Virus record (IMG/VR): IMGVR_UViG_3300043399_000509
Source: a virus
Direction: 5' to 3' (one strand)
DNA: 64,000 bases
The notes under the pieces were generated by a model. It did no database searches and was not told the origin of the DNA. It saw only the letters and a program-made list of their open reading frames with translations. The position numbers were made by a program, and so were the translations under genes. Position 1 is the stretch's first letter. Each line of letters opens with the position of its first letter. Below are positions 36,397 to 46,101 of the stretch, piece after piece.

Positions 36397-36605
36397 GCCT
36401 TCTTCCTCTTTGGAGGGAACTTACCCATGTTTGCCATATTGACCTGATTGTCATACTTTTGAATGGCCTTGGTGATCTCTCTATTGATTGCATCCAGTCG
36501 TAGGCGATAGTTGCCTCTCAGGTATACATTGTCTCTTTCGTTTAGCATACCATCAATAATATGCTGAATTTGAAAAGGAATGTTTGTTGTATCTTTCGTT
36601 TCCAT
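36393..36605 (-). CDS. Hypothetical protein
   Basis: 70-aa ORF with ATGA overlap. Confidence 0.6.
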   Translation of the reverse strand: METKDTTNIPFQIQHIIDGMLNERDNVYLRGNYRLRLDAINREITKAIQKYDNQVNMANMGKFPPKRKKA

Positions 36606-36609
36606 ATCT

Positions 36610-36804
36610 TTACTCGTCCTTTTTATTGGTAAGAAAATACCCCAGATAAAACCAAAACAAATAGATTGATGTATTCACCAAAATGACAAGATAGTCATTA
36701 CCAATGACGTACTTGATTTGAAATAGGGTAGTTATCATAAAAAATGATGCAGCACTACAAACGAGTAGTACTGCCATAAAGATATTATATATGTAAGTTT
36801 TCAT
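36610..36804 (-). CDS. Hypothetical two-TM membrane protein
   Basis: Two hydrophobic stretches and a charged C-terminus. Confidence 0.55.
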   Translation of the reverse strand: MKTYIYNIFMAVLLVCSAASFFMITTLFQIKYVIGNDYLVILVNTSIYLFWFYLGYFLTNKKDE

Positions 36805-36806
36805 GT

Positions 36807-37382
36807 TTATTTCTCAAAAAATGCTTCTAGGTTACTCTTTGTCTGTTTACGCTTCTGTTTCTTTACTCTTTCTTTTTCTTCAAACTTTGACATAAACTGA
36901 TTGATGTTATCGTACATTTGACTAGGCATTATATGTGAATCGCTGTCGTCTGTCAATAGCGAAAGATCATGTATGTTTGTGATTGTTTCTTGGAAGTTCT
37001 TGTAGATTGTGTATCTGTTCTTTTCTTCTTTGTATATTCTACGAAGGAAAGCATAATAAATCACCTGAGTAAAGTATGCAAAGGGGTTCTGTCCTCTACC
37101 AGATACAGGGTCTACATAGTCTGGATTGTAGTCCTTGAAATACAATAAACAGTTTTCGACACCATCGGCAATCATTTCATCTCTGAAAGAATAATTTATG
37201 AAACATGGCTTGGTTGATAACTTTTCTGCAATTTTACAAATACACTCACCTATGTAGTTTGAAATCTTTGGGTCTTCCTTACCTGCTTCTCTGGCCTCTT
37301 TGAGTTCTTTATGATATTTGACAATCTCATCATAAAATTTCTTGTTGTCTATGTATTGTGTTCTTCTTTTTGTAGCCTTCAT
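36807..37382 (-). CDS. gp55: Late transcription sigma factor (gp55)
   Basis: YIDNKKF, FINYSFRDEMIADGVENC, NPFAYFTQ..YYAFLRRI; clamp peptide NLEAFF. Confidence 0.95.
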   Translation of the reverse strand: MKATKRRTQYIDNKKFYDEIVKYHKELKEAREAGKEDPKISNYIGECICKIAEKLSTKPCFINYSFRDEMIADGVENCLLYFKDYNPDYVDPVSGRGQNPFAYFTQVIYYAFLRRIYKEEKNRYTIYKNFQETITNIHDLSLLTDDSDSHIMPSQMYDNINQFMSKFEEKERVKKQKRKQTKSNLEAFFEK

Positions 37383-37394
37383 GCACTTTTCCTC

Positions 37395-37422
37395 TTGACA
37401 AGCCTTGACAACCCTATATAAT
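37395..37422 (+). promoter_or_regulatory. Consensus sigma70 promoter, antisense to the surrounding genes
   Basis: TTGACA(37395)-N16-TATAAT(37417); a second TTGACA at 37405. Confidence 0.6.
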
Positions 37423-37483
37423 CGCTGTGTGGCGGTTTCAATGAATATCTTTAGTTATCTTATATGTTCTCTATGATTCTCTC

Positions 37484-37771
37484 TTAGACATTAGTTAGTG
37501 CTTTCATCTTCTTGATCTGCTTCTCTAATATAGGTCCTCTATCAGGCCACTTGATCATTGGTTTAGTGTTATCCTTGTTTAGGTTCTCCAATAGAGGTAG
37601 GAATATCTTTTGTACTGCATGTAGTCTCATCTTCAAGTCATCAACCTGTTCTTGTAATGATGAATACTCAGGGTTTAGTTCTATGATTTCTTCTTCATTA
37701 GCAAATGTAAATCCAAAGTCACTATCACTATCATCCATCTCAAGATAGTTATTCTTTTTCATCTCAGCCAT
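37484..37771 (-). CDS. Conserved hypothetical protein
   Basis: DFGFTF...LPLLENL...IKWPDR pattern. Confidence 0.65.
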   Translation of the reverse strand: MAEMKKNNYLEMDDSDSDFGFTFANEEEIIELNPEYSSLQEQVDDLKMRLHAVQKIFLPLLENLNKDNTKPMIKWPDRGPILEKQIKKMKALTNV

Positions 37772-38241
37772 TAGTGTAGAGTCCTTTTGTTCTTGGTTAG
37801 AGTTTCTATTGCTTGTTTGATATAATCAAGTTCATCCTCAACAAGACCATCCCCTATATCATTAGATTCTGCTTCACCTTCTGTGATATTGGAATGTTCT
37901 TCATCTAACTTTACCACATCCTTTGTTTTATCTAATCTATATAAAGCCTCATAGTAGTAATCAGCCATTTGTGTTGAAGGAATACATGAGGTGATGACAT
38001 CCTTTGGTTTTACAATAAATTCCTGAGTAGAACATATCTTAGGAAATACCCATTCAATCAAAGATAGCATAAGACTTCCAGGTCTCTCCCCCACCATGTA
38101 AACTACCTTTAGAGGATTGATTAGAACATAGTGTTCTTTGGAGTTTTCTTCTACCATAAGGATTTCACATAGAACATCCTCACCTGTTGATAGTCTAATA
38201 AATCTTAGAGGAGATTCTTCATCAGTATTAGCTTCATTCAT
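37771..38241 (-). CDS. Conserved hypothetical protein downstream of uvsW
   Basis: IRLSTGEDV...NPLKV...W...YY; ends KRTLH. Confidence 0.7.
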   Translation of the reverse strand: MNEANTDEESPLRFIRLSTGEDVLCEILMVEENSKEHYVLINPLKVVYMVGERPGSLMLSLIEWVFPKICSTQEFIVKPKDVITSCIPSTQMADYYYEALYRLDKTKDVVKLDEEHSNITEGEAESNDIGDGLVEDELDYIKQAIETLTKNKRTLH

Positions 38242-38259
38242 ATCAATGTATTTCCTTTA

Positions 38260-39738
38260 CTACTTTTTTAGTTCTATCTTATATACCTTGAATGAAAACT
38301 TTTCTTCTGCATAGATTTTTATTCGATCAGAGAAATGCTTCAAGGTGTAGTTTTCATGTTTCTTCCATCGCATATCATCGGCAATATCAAAGAGAACTGC
38401 TGATGTTTTTGTCTGGGATAATCTTAGACCACGGCCTATGGATTGTAGGTTTCTTACCCTTGACTTTGATGGGGAAGCGAATATAATGTTGTGTAGATTC
38501 TTGATGTTCACTCCTGTACTATAAACTCCAAAGGATGCAACAATAATGGCATTTGTTTCTGTTTCAACCAGTTGTCTTATTTCTTCCCTGGTATCAACAT
38601 CAACATTACCATGAATAAAGAATATCTTTCTGCCATCTGGATTATTACTTGTCAAGATATCATACAGTATTTTACCATGCTTTTCAACATATTGATACAG
38701 AATAAGTGTATTACCATTTAAAGAAGATGCAAGGTTTATTATGAACTTGTTTCTGGCTTCATTTAGTACCAGATATTCTATCTCTTGTTGATAAGTATAG
38801 TCCTTGTACATCTTACATATATCGTCAGGATGTTTCAATAGCAAACATTTGATTGACATATCTGCTATGTGTTTTGCATCCATGAGTTCTTTGGTTGTCA
38901 CACTCTTTTTGACAGGACCAAACAAACCTTCAAGGACTAACTTATGAGTTTTTGTACCATCCAGTGTGCCAGTGGTACCTATACGATACTTTGCATTTAC
39001 CAGATTTGTCATTATGTCTGTAAGGGACTTGGCCTTGAATAGATGTGCCTCGTCTCCTATCACCGCATCAAACTGTCTAAAATACTCCTTATGGACTTTA
39101 TACAACGATTGCCATGTCGATATAGTGATAGGGCAATCCGATTGCTTATCCTGTCCAGAATATATCCTATGTACGAGAGCATTTGAATCGAACCCATAAT
39201 CAGCGAAATCAGTAGCCAACTGACTAACAAGAGAAATATTAGGAACAATGATAAGAGTTCTCCTATGACCGAGAGCATCGTGTAAATACCTCAAAATAAG
39301 ATAGATGATAAGACTCTTGCCAGATGAAGTAGGACTAAGAAGCATAACCCTGCGGTTACGAATGCAATAGACAAAACTGTCCACCTGATAATCTCTGGGA
39401 GTATATTTGATGTTGAGGGTTTTGATAAAGTCTTGGGCTTCTTTGACGGAAAATTCAGTATTGTATTCTTCGTTCTCATAGTCACATCTATACCCCCTGT
39501 CTTTACAAATCTTAAAAATATGCGGGACAAGACCACGATATATCTGTTTGTTTGTGATGTTGAAAAGTCTTATTTTTCCATCCCAAAGTTTTGCTCTGTA
39601 TTGTGGAGTAAACTGATAACCAGGAACATGGAAAGTGAAGGCATCCTTTATCTCGTGTGCTAGACCTTCTTCACAATCAATCTTTACAAAGGCTTCGTTT
39701 ATATTTTTGATTGTTATTTTACTGTCTTCACTATCCAT
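38260..39738 (-). CDS. uvsW: UvsW RNA-DNA/DNA helicase
   Basis: WDGKIRLF, SPTSSGKS, DEAH, TGTL and QSIGRGLR. Confidence 0.96.
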   Translation of the reverse strand: MDSEDSKITIKNINEAFVKIDCEEGLAHEIKDAFTFHVPGYQFTPQYRAKLWDGKIRLFNITNKQIYRGLVPHIFKICKDRGYRCDYENEEYNTEFSVKEAQDFIKTLNIKYTPRDYQVDSFVYCIRNRRVMLLSPTSSGKSLIIYLILRYLHDALGHRRTLIIVPNISLVSQLATDFADYGFDSNALVHRIYSGQDKQSDCPITISTWQSLYKVHKEYFRQFDAVIGDEAHLFKAKSLTDIMTNLVNAKYRIGTTGTLDGTKTHKLVLEGLFGPVKKSVTTKELMDAKHIADMSIKCLLLKHPDDICKMYKDYTYQQEIEYLVLNEARNKFIINLASSLNGNTLILYQYVEKHGKILYDILTSNNPDGRKIFFIHGNVDVDTREEIRQLVETETNAIIVASFGVYSTGVNIKNLHNIIFASPSKSRVRNLQSIGRGLRLSQTKTSAVLFDIADDMRWKKHENYTLKHFSDRIKIYAEEKFSFKVYKIELKK

Positions 39739-40183
39739 TTGGTCTCATTATCTTTTCCCAATCGACTATTGATTTCAACTGCCAAGTCCTATTATTGATT
39801 TCTTTGATGATGGCATTACAATAGTCAACAATCTCGTCATGTATAACTTTTCTAAGCAGTAGTTTGTTTAGTTCTTCATCTCCCTCCAGATACAACCCAA
39901 TCTCTTTACCTAGCTTCTTTTCAAATGGTTCAAGATTGTATTTTTGTAGGTCTTCCAGGTTATTTAGGTCGCCTTTATAATACTCATACTTTATGCGTTT
40001 TAGTTTGGTATAGTCGGCCATGATTTTGTTTGACATCAGCCTGTGATATGATAGTATGTTTAGATACTTGGAATGGAGCTTAGGTATTCTTGCAAGTTCT
40101 TTTGCTGCTTCTGTTTCATCAATGGATGAATCATTGAGCCATTCTTCTGTAAGATCATCAAGTTTTACTGGTGGTTTTAGCAT
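39731..40183 (-). CDS. uvsY: Recombination mediator UvsY
   Basis: DSSID...IPKLHSKYL...YYKG...INNRTWQLKS.VDW. Confidence 0.9.
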   Translation of the reverse strand: MLKPPVKLDDLTEEWLNDSSIDETEAAKELARIPKLHSKYLNILSYHRLMSNKIMADYTKLKRIKYEYYKGDLNNLEDLQKYNLEPFEKKLGKEIGLYLEGDEELNKLLLRKVIHDEIVDYCNAIIKEINNRTWQLKSIVDWEKIMRPNG

Positions 40184-40219
40184 TATATGTACCCATAATA
40201 TATTAGTATGTAATTATCA

Positions 40220-40248
40220 CATATACAGTATAGCTATACCATTGTCAA
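40220..40248 (-). promoter_or_regulatory. Sigma70-like promoter of uvsY
   Basis: TTGACA-N17-TATATG; the spacer contains the palindrome GTATAGCTATAC (40228-40239). Confidence 0.5.
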
Positions 40249-40761
40249 GCGAGTAATCTTATAATAATCATATCTAAACACAATATCTGCTGAAAGAATA
40301 GTATCTGCTGTATCTGCTGTACTAAAGTTGATTGAACTTAGAGATACAGGATGGCAGTTATAGAACTGCACACGAATATTATTGATATTGGCGTTGGTGT
40401 TTATTGTCAAAATAGCATCATGGTATAGTTTTTTGTTTGGGTCATAGAACTTTTTATATTGATCATATGACTCAGGTTTTGTTAGGGCATTTAACCAATC
40501 GAGTGTTTCTTCCCATACCTTAAGGTCTTCATCAATGATGGCGGTAACGCTTAGTTGGTCATAGACAAGTTTGTCTCCATGTCGATACATGTTTGCAAAC
40601 GGAGAAGGCACAGTAACAGCAGAAGTTGATACTCCAGGTATTTGTACTGATGTGCAGAAGTATGTAAGGAATGGCATTGTAGCAAACGAAAAGGTATATT
40701 TCGTTGGCTGTAGAAATGATGTATTCTTTGGGATTCTGCTTAGTATTGTTTCTGTTGTCAT
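40234..40761 (-). CDS. gp3: Tail tube terminator / sheath stabilizer (gp3)
   Basis: FLQPTKY.F...YFC..V.IPG...GDKL.YD.L...IDEDL..W...F.NC.PVSLS...FRY. Confidence 0.88.
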   Translation of the reverse strand: MTTETILSRIPKNTSFLQPTKYTFSFATMPFLTYFCTSVQIPGVSTSAVTVPSPFANMYRHGDKLVYDQLSVTAIIDEDLKVWEETLDWLNALTKPESYDQYKKFYDPNKKLYHDAILTINTNANINNIRVQFYNCHPVSLSSINFSTADTADTILSADIVFRYDYYKITRLTMV

Positions 40762-40790
40762 ATGCTATTCCAATTGATACAGTATAGACC

Positions 40791-40798
40791 TATTTATA
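40791..40798 (-). promoter_or_regulatory. T4 late promoter (gp3)
   Basis: TATAAATA. Confidence 0.8.
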
Positions 40799-40807
40799 TT
40801 ACACCAT

Positions 40808-40834
40808 AAAAAAACAGGGGCCAAAGCCCCTGTT
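40808..40834 (-). terminator. Intrinsic terminator after gp23
   Basis: AACAGGGGC-TTTG-GCCCCTGTT followed by a T run. Confidence 0.85.
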
Positions 40835-40864
40835 CCTATTCTTACTTTCCAAGTCTCCCACAGA

Positions 40865-42199
40865 TTATGTGAGATTACGGACCCGGAAAATTCTGTAGTA
40901 AACGTTTGAACGGTCCTTGATAACGCCGAGACCAGCGGTAGCACCTTCAGCGAATGGGTTTGCGACCATGCCGTAGCGGGTCTTAAAGCCAATCTTGGGC
41001 TGGAAGGTATCTTGACCGATAGCACGAACCATCTGGAGAGGAACGTAGGGGCAATAGAAGATGCCAGCGTCATAGGGTGATGTGCCCTTATAACCAACGG
41101 TGCAGAGTTCGTCGCCGTTAGCAGAACCACCGAAGTAAGGATCGATGTAGACCTTTACACGGCCATGTAGTGTACCAGCAAAGGTATTGCCGGTGTCGTC
41201 AACCTGTAGGTTAGCCTGTAGAGCAGGTGTATAGTCAAGAACACCAGCCATAGCAAGAGCGGATGCAACGTCTGAAGAAACGATTAGAACGTTGCCTTTG
41301 CCACGACGGGTTGCCTTGGCGATAGCGTTACATTCACGCTCGATCTGGAATACAAGACCCTTGAACTTTTCAACTGACCAACGGCCATTTGAGTCTGTAT
41401 CGAGGTCGAATGTACCAGCAGTTGTAACACCGTACTGAGCACCAATGATGGCTGAACCGTAGATTGTACGGACAACTTCACGGTTGATTTCAGCAAGGAT
41501 TTCGGTTGACAGAATGTTGGCTAACTCTGTCTCAGCATCTAGGCCGTGAACAGCCTTGAGGTCCTGAGCAAGTTCCATGGTGTATTCTGCCTTTAGAGCA
41601 CGGGTACGAGCGGAGACTGTAACCTTGTCGATTGAGAATGCCATTTCAGCAAACTGGTTAGTACCAGAATCACCAAGACCTTCACCCTGAGCGGTTGTCA
41701 TACCATTAGCCCAACCATAGGCAGAGTTGCCTGTAGCAAGATCAAATACAGGGTTTGTGTTAGAAGCAGAACCAATAACAGAGCCGTTAGCACCAAGAGC
41801 GTTTGTGCCAGAGAATGCTGTGTTAGCTTCTGTGTAGAAAGCTTCTGTGCCGTTCTGTGCCTTGTACTTTGAACGCATTGCGAAGATTAGTCCGGTTGGA
41901 CCAGTCATTGGCTGAACGCCGCAGATGTCATAGGCAATGAGGTTGGGGAGAGCACGACGAACAAGTGAAATGAGGATTGGGTCATATGAACCAAGGTTAG
42001 CATTTCCTGAACCCATACCACCAGAGAAGTTGGTAGGAGCAGATTCGTTTAGCTGGCGTGATTCTTCAGCCATAGCACGTTCCTGGTTTTCAAGAACGAT
42101 TGCTGTGACAGCACGCTTGTAGGGGTCTTTGATTTGAGAGAGACCATCATGGTCAAGAACTGGTGACCACTTTGACTCTAGTTGCTCGGTTAGATACAT
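40865..42199 (-). CDS. gp23: Major capsid protein (gp23)
   Basis: ICGVQPMTGPTGLIFAMR, RALKAEYTMELAQDLKAVHGLDAE and FQPKIGFKTRYG. Confidence 0.99.
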   Translation of the reverse strand: MYLTEQLESKWSPVLDHDGLSQIKDPYKRAVTAIVLENQERAMAEESRQLNESAPTNFSGGMGSGNANLGSYDPILISLVRRALPNLIAYDICGVQPMTGPTGLIFAMRSKYKAQNGTEAFYTEANTAFSGTNALGANGSVIGSASNTNPVFDLATGNSAYGWANGMTTAQGEGLGDSGTNQFAEMAFSIDKVTVSARTRALKAEYTMELAQDLKAVHGLDAETELANILSTEILAEINREVVRTIYGSAIIGAQYGVTTAGTFDLDTDSNGRWSVEKFKGLVFQIERECNAIAKATRRGKGNVLIVSSDVASALAMAGVLDYTPALQANLQVDDTGNTFAGTLHGRVKVYIDPYFGGSANGDELCTVGYKGTSPYDAGIFYCPYVPLQMVRAIGQDTFQPKIGFKTRYGMVANPFAEGATAGLGVIKDRSNVYYRIFRVRNLT

Positions 42200-42241
42200 T
42201 TTAGTTATTCTCCTTTATGGAATCTATCTATTCTATAGATA

Positions 42242-42249
42242 TATTTATA
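42242..42249 (-). promoter_or_regulatory. T4 late promoter (gp23)
   Basis: TATAAATA. Confidence 0.85.
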
Positions 42250-42255
42250 TTTCTG

Positions 42256-43572
42256 TTACTTTGGTAAAGATTTACCAAGAACCTTGACATATCTTGCCAT
42301 GGGGCCTTGTAATTCTTCTGAGATCATACCTTTTGTGTCATCAACGGCAGAATCAAAATAGTTTGTGGTCTTTACTGATGTTGGGAAATAACTTTCCTTT
42401 AGAGTATGGACCTTGTTTGCGAAATCATCGGTAGTTATAAACTCGATGTTTTCACATAGAGAGCGTAGTCTTTCGGCCTGGGTGACTGTTAGGTCTGAGC
42501 ACACATCAGCAACAATCTCTGACTTTCTGGACTCTGAAATCATCTTTGTTAGAGAGATATTGTTTTCAATTTCTTCGTTCAAACGAGCTTCAAGTTCTTC
42601 AACCTTTGAACCAAGATTTTCAACAACATTTACCTTTTCTTCAGGGATGTCGATATAATGCTCGGCAAAAAGGTTACGGAGACCTGAGATAAATTCTTCG
42701 GTTAACTCAGTGCGAAGACCTGCTTCAATGGCAATCTCATTTTCAGAAACCCATTGTTCAACAACATATGACAGATAATCATTTACCTGCTCTGTTAGTT
42801 CAGCACGGATATTGGCAACTTCTTCTTCAAGAGAAGCAGCATAGGCTTCTTCAAGAACAGAAACTTCTTCGTTTACACGAACTGATACTGCTGATTCAAA
42901 GATTGTCTCAGCCTTTGAACGGAAGTCTTCAGAAAGATTTTCACCAGCAAGAAGGGCATCAACATGCTCTTTCATCATCTTCTTACGGTCTTCCTTCTTA
43001 TCTTCATCTTCTTCGTCCTCACTTTCGTCTTCATCCTCATCTTCACCATCTTCCTTGTCTTCTTCCTTGTCTTCATGATACTTTTCAGAGACAAGTTCAA
43101 AGTTCTCGTCGATGGCCTGTTGAATTTCTTCTTCAGTTAGACCTTGAGCAATACATTCATCAATGAATGCTTCAAGTTCTTCTGTAATCTCAATTTCTTC
43201 TTCAAGATTTTCACCATCATCTTCCATTTCTTCAGCCATTGTAGAAGCCTTCATAGGTTCGGCTGGAACAGCGGCCTGTGCAGACTTGCTTGAATCCTTC
43301 TTTGACTTGGTAGCAGCCTTTGCAGAGGGAGGAACATCTGTGTTGTTTACAAGAGCAGGACCAAGGTCTTCATAGTCCTCTGAATCGGGAGGATTTGAAC
43401 CAGGGTTTGCAAATGGGGCTTCGGCCTTACCAGGACGTAGTGATGCCTTGGCAGGTGTTAGTGTCTTGGCGTCACGATCAAATGAACCAAACTGATCTGG
43501 TGAAACGGAAGGATAAGCACCTTCCTCTTTCATTAGAATAGCCTTTGCTGTTTCTGTTAGGGATTTTCCCAT
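42256..43572 (-). CDS. gp22: Prohead core scaffold protein (gp22)
   Basis: Very acidic; LSEDFRSKAETIFESAV, YLSYVVEQW..EN..AIE.GLR and LKESYF. Confidence 0.92.
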   Translation of the reverse strand: MGKSLTETAKAILMKEEGAYPSVSPDQFGSFDRDAKTLTPAKASLRPGKAEAPFANPGSNPPDSEDYEDLGPALVNNTDVPPSAKAATKSKKDSSKSAQAAVPAEPMKASTMAEEMEDDGENLEEEIEITEELEAFIDECIAQGLTEEEIQQAIDENFELVSEKYHEDKEEDKEDGEDEDEDESEDEEDEDKKEDRKKMMKEHVDALLAGENLSEDFRSKAETIFESAVSVRVNEEVSVLEEAYAASLEEEVANIRAELTEQVNDYLSYVVEQWVSENEIAIEAGLRTELTEEFISGLRNLFAEHYIDIPEEKVNVVENLGSKVEELEARLNEEIENNISLTKMISESRKSEIVADVCSDLTVTQAERLRSLCENIEFITTDDFANKVHTLKESYFPTSVKTTNYFDSAVDDTKGMISEELQGPMARYVKVLGKSLPK

Positions 43573-43600
43573 AATTGATTACTCCTTTATTTGGTATATC

Positions 43601-43608
43601 TATTTATA
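43601..43608 (-). promoter_or_regulatory. T4 late promoter (gp22)
   Basis: TATAAATA. Confidence 0.85.
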
Positions 43609-43612
43609 TATT

Positions 43613-44263
43613 TTACAATTTTGAAATGTAGTTCTCGAATAGTTTCAGAGCTACAGCCTCAATGTCGGATTTACTCGCTTGTTTGATCATTCTTTTTGCA
43701 CGATCAAACTCCAATTCTTTCCATTTTCCATTCTCAAAAATCCATTCTTTGTTTTCACATATGCCCTGGACAAATGCGTCTGGGGCAGATGGGTCTGCAA
43801 CAATATCGGCTGCTGTAGCCAACTTGAAATCATCCTGAACTAGTTGGTATCCATTGTGTGGTTTTAGAGACCCTACGCCTCTTGTAGATACACCTAATTG
43901 AACGCCACCGTCCAAAAGACCTTTCACAATATTACCCATATTTGTGTCAAGTATCTTGGCCTTACCGATGAAGTTTGTTCCATCGGGTTTTAGGCTTGTA
44001 ATCATATGAGAAACCCGGTCAAGGTTTATCGAAGGTGTGTCTGGATGTCCTAACTCACCCAGAGCACGATTCTTTGTAACATATTCCTTGTTATATCTTT
44101 CAACCTCTTTACGAAGAGTATCGAAAGGATAAACTCTACCATTACGGTTTTGTTTTTCGGCCTGCATAAAAACACCTTCAATCACATAGGATTTCTTCTT
44201 GGTGCCTTTATCTTCTGTAATAAGAACTTTTACGTCCTGAATTTCTTCTTTGATGAGCTTCAT
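43613..44263 (-). CDS. gp21: Prohead protease (gp21)
   Basis: NRNGRVYP, ALGELGHP, GVSTRGVGSL and DIVADPSAPDA. Confidence 0.96.
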   Translation of the reverse strand: MKLIKEEIQDVKVLITEDKGTKKKSYVIEGVFMQAEKQNRNGRVYPFDTLRKEVERYNKEYVTKNRALGELGHPDTPSINLDRVSHMITSLKPDGTNFIGKAKILDTNMGNIVKGLLDGGVQLGVSTRGVGSLKPHNGYQLVQDDFKLATAADIVADPSAPDAFVQGICENKEWIFENGKWKELEFDRAKRMIKQASKSDIEAVALKLFENYISKL

Positions 44264-44270
44264 TGTTTCT

Positions 44271-44510
44271 CTATCCTAGTCTTTCTCTTTTCTGTAAAGA
44301 ACGCTTTCTTTTTCTTATGATTTGGGCCATTTTTCTTTTGCGTTTGCGTGAACCTTTTTTGGCACCGAGTTTTCTTTTTCTTCTTTCAGCGGCAGACATT
44401 CTTGTTAGTTGTCCGTCCTGTATTTTCATGCCAGGGACATTAGAAACTTTCTTTCTACGCTCAACCTTGCCTTTGCGAATACGAAGTTTTATAAGTTTAA
44501 CTCTTGCCAT
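44271..44510 (-). CDS. gp68: Prohead core protein, gp68-like (highly basic)
   Basis: K/R-rich RMSAAERRKRK...RKRKRSLQKRERLG resembles the gp68 C-terminus; directly upstream of gp21. Confidence 0.65.
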   Translation of the reverse strand: MARVKLIKLRIRKGKVERRKKVSNVPGMKIQDGQLTRMSAAERRKRKLGAKKGSRKRKRKMAQIIRKRKRSLQKRERLG

Positions 44511-44515
44511 ATTAT

Positions 44516-45598
44516 TTACTCTTTAAAAGGAATTTCATCGCCAATTTTCTTTTTCCAATCAATAGGCTTATTGGGTTCAGGGTCTTTGATTCCTGCTTTT
44601 CCTCTTTCATGTTGTGCAATGGCTCTTTTTTCTTGGGCCTGCAAATCTTCAATTCTCTTTTTTGCTTCGGCACCTATTCGAGCAGATTTAGCCATTCTTT
44701 CAACATACTTAGGGTCTTTCATTTTCTCTTTTTCATTAAGATGTGCTCTAATATGATTTTCGAAGTCTGTTCTAACACTGGGGTGTAGTTTTTCCCAAGA
44801 ACTGCCTGTCATATGAATCCAAGGCTGCTTTTTATTCTCTACACCAGACACAAGACTATGCATGTGTTTTGCTGCTGTTGTTACATCTGTGCCTTTTTCA
44901 TTGACTGCTTTGCCTGCTGCTCTTCTAAAATAATCATCTTTTCTTTCTTTATAGTCTCTAATTTTTTCACCACCCAGAGTAGCAGCATTTATTTCAGCAT
45001 CTCTCATATCACCATATGATTCTTCTGCACCCAAAGTTTTCTTGGCTTCCTTACCAAATCTTTCTCTTTCAACATTTGATTCTGTGAGACCTCTGCGTTG
45101 TCTCCATATAGAAGGAAGAATCATCTCACCTGTTGCTGTATGGACTTTACCATCAGGCCAGACAACAGCCTCATTGAATTGATGGGCAGCAACAATCTTT
45201 TTCATCTCATGAAGTTTAGATTTCAGCACATCTGTGATCTCTTGTTCAAGAAGATTATTTGCAAGGTCATAGTTCTTATTGATGATATGATCTACTGCTT
45301 CCGCCAACTTTTTGTTTTCTGTTGATGTCTTTTTCATTTTTTGTCCTTGCCTTATTGCCCTTCTTGTGCCGATTACCTTACTTGCTAAAACTGAACCTGG
45401 AATGAGAACTGCTGGTTTTGTTCCCCCTAGGGTGTATCCAACAGCGGCAGCTTGTGCCACATCTGCCATTGCATCCTTAAATCTTTTACTTCTAGGAACA
45501 CCTTGTCCTGAATAATCTTTTTTGGTTACTCCTAGGACAGAGCCCAGAGCTTTTGCTGTATTCTTACCAAACTTTTCTTCTAGTTTCTTCTTTGACAT
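44516..45598 (-). CDS. Hypothetical prohead/internal head protein
   Basis: Central gp67-like helix (VDHIINKNY...KLHEMKKIVA); several xxE sites that could be gp21 cleavage points. Confidence 0.6.
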   Translation of the reverse strand: MSKKKLEEKFGKNTAKALGSVLGVTKKDYSGQGVPRSKRFKDAMADVAQAAAVGYTLGGTKPAVLIPGSVLASKVIGTRRAIRQGQKMKKTSTENKKLAEAVDHIINKNYDLANNLLEQEITDVLKSKLHEMKKIVAAHQFNEAVVWPDGKVHTATGEMILPSIWRQRRGLTESNVERERFGKEAKKTLGAEESYGDMRDAEINAATLGGEKIRDYKERKDDYFRRAAGKAVNEKGTDVTTAAKHMHSLVSGVENKKQPWIHMTGSSWEKLHPSVRTDFENHIRAHLNEKEKMKDPKYVERMAKSARIGAEAKKRIEDLQAQEKRAIAQHERGKAGIKDPEPNKPIDWKKKIGDEIPFKE

Positions 45599-45599
45599 A

Positions 45600-46097
45600 T
45601 TACACAATACCTGCCATATTGAATGCAGTTGGGTCTGCTGTTTGACCTGCATCGTATGATGTTGAATCTTTTCTTACATCTACAAATAGTGTGATTGCAT
45701 CATTTGATGTTGGGCTTACTAATGTATAAAGAATACCTTTGGTATTTGCCGCTGGGCTTGTGATGACAGCATTGTCACCAGATGTTCCTGTTAGATTGTA
45801 ATCAAATGAACCAGACTTGAATGAAACGATATCTGTGTTTGCATCATTTTGCCATCCAAGGATACCATATCCTGATACCATACCGGAATGACCGTATACT
45901 CTTTTGATTGATACTGAGTATGATGGTTTTGGATTTGTATTTGATATTTGGCCTGTACTGTTTATTGCATATGCCAAATCAGAGAATGTAATAAGACTTG
46001 CATTTGCAGTGGCAGTACCATCTGGAATGATAACATACTTTAGTAATGCTCTTTTGTTATTATCTATTAGTTTTTGTAATGATACTTTGTTTGCCAT
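45600..46097 (-). CDS. Hypothetical virion protein
   Basis: 165-aa beta-rich ORF in the head cluster. Confidence 0.6.
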   Translation of the reverse strand: MANKVSLQKLIDNNKRALLKYVIIPDGTATANASLITFSDLAYAINSTGQISNTNPKPSYSVSIKRVYGHSGMVSGYGILGWQNDANTDIVSFKSGSFDYNLTGTSGDNAVITSPAANTKGILYTLVSPTSNDAITLFVDVRKDSTSYDAGQTADPTAFNMAGIV

Positions 46098-46101
46098 CTG
46101 T

